64,000 bases of DNA from Octopus bimaculoides (Eukaryota), in the NCBI RefSeq assembly GCF_001194135.2, contig NC_069002.1, positions 7,932,016 to 7,996,015 on the forward strand, written 5' to 3'. Below, in pieces: positions 63,363 through 64,000 of the stretch. A program made the translations under genes and the position numbers. The notes below the pieces were generated by a model. That model had not been told where the DNA came from and made no database searches. It saw nothing but the letters and a program-made list of their open reading frames with translations. Position 1 is the first letter of the stretch; every line of letters begins with the position of its first letter.

Positions 63363-64000
63363 TCGTGTGTGTGTGTGTGTGTGTGTCTGCTGCCTCTTTG
63401 GGTAGGCACAACAGAAGGAAATAGTTCTTATACACAAAAGCAACAGAGAGTCACTTCAATTTCTTGTTGTCTACTACGTTAGCGCTTCAGTTATTTCCTC
63501 GTACATCTCAACATTCTGGTTAGGAATTATAATTATTTCATGTCTAATTACTTCGTGATTAATATTAAGAAAAATTCAGTTCACAAGTAATTTCGTGTCG
63601 AATCAAATATATTTTGAAAAATCGTGTCTTCCCCAACACCTATCTTTATGTCATGTTTTTATTATGACAATAATTTCCAATATGGATTCTTCATGACGAA
63701 GAGAAGCTTGATATTCTCATGTTAATTCCCATTGAAAGTTTGATTTTTATACATTTTATTAATCACTGATTGCAGTTCATAATTCAATCAATTCATCTTA
63801 TTGATCATTATAAACGGTTTTTGTTTTTTCAAAAATATCAATCGGTAATCGCAAATTGCATAAAGGTTTTCGCCTTTAATCGTTTAATTCTTTTTTATTT
63901 ATAACATCATTATCGATAAAAGTAGTATCGTAGCATCTAAGAACCGATAGTGTACTATAAAGCGGGCCGATAGATAAGTGGTTCAAATCCTAGACGACAC

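Noticed and set aside
63930-64000. B-box-like GGTTCAAATCC at the window edge (tRNA or SINE head)
   Set aside because: Truncated by the window end, and no convincing A box or cloverleaf is visible.

Overview
This is AT-rich animal genomic DNA from a gapped draft assembly: 14 N-gaps totalling about 3.8 kb, nearly all flanked by microsatellites. The high-copy tRNA-headed SINE families and very dense (TA)n/(CA)n/(ATT)n/(CAT)n microsatellites look like octopus (coleoid cephalopod) intronic or intergenic DNA. That taxon call comes from my recognition of the repeats, not from a database search. I see no complete protein-coding gene, rRNA, true tRNA or CRISPR array. Almost every ORF in the supplied track is an artefact of microsatellites, N-runs or SINEs. 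Supportable content: (1) about 40 whole or partial copies of three to four SINE families, often in head-to-tail arrays or inverted pairs; (2) decayed LINE fragments (two R4/Dong-like, one HERO-like, two RTE-like, one L1/Tx1-like); (3) several Tc1/mariner/pogo remnants, two with both TIRs; (4) mini- and microsatellites, including a 110-bp satellite derived from a SINE 3' end; (5) low-confidence candidate plus-strand exons. The most interesting unexplained signals are a decayed minimal hammerhead-ribozyme core inside an inverted duplication (60.58-60.73 kb), a pre-miRNA-like hairpin (47.98-48.06 kb) and a phase-compatible candidate exon pair (42.77 and 43.94 kb). I did not find convincing evidence of a new multi-gene biological system.
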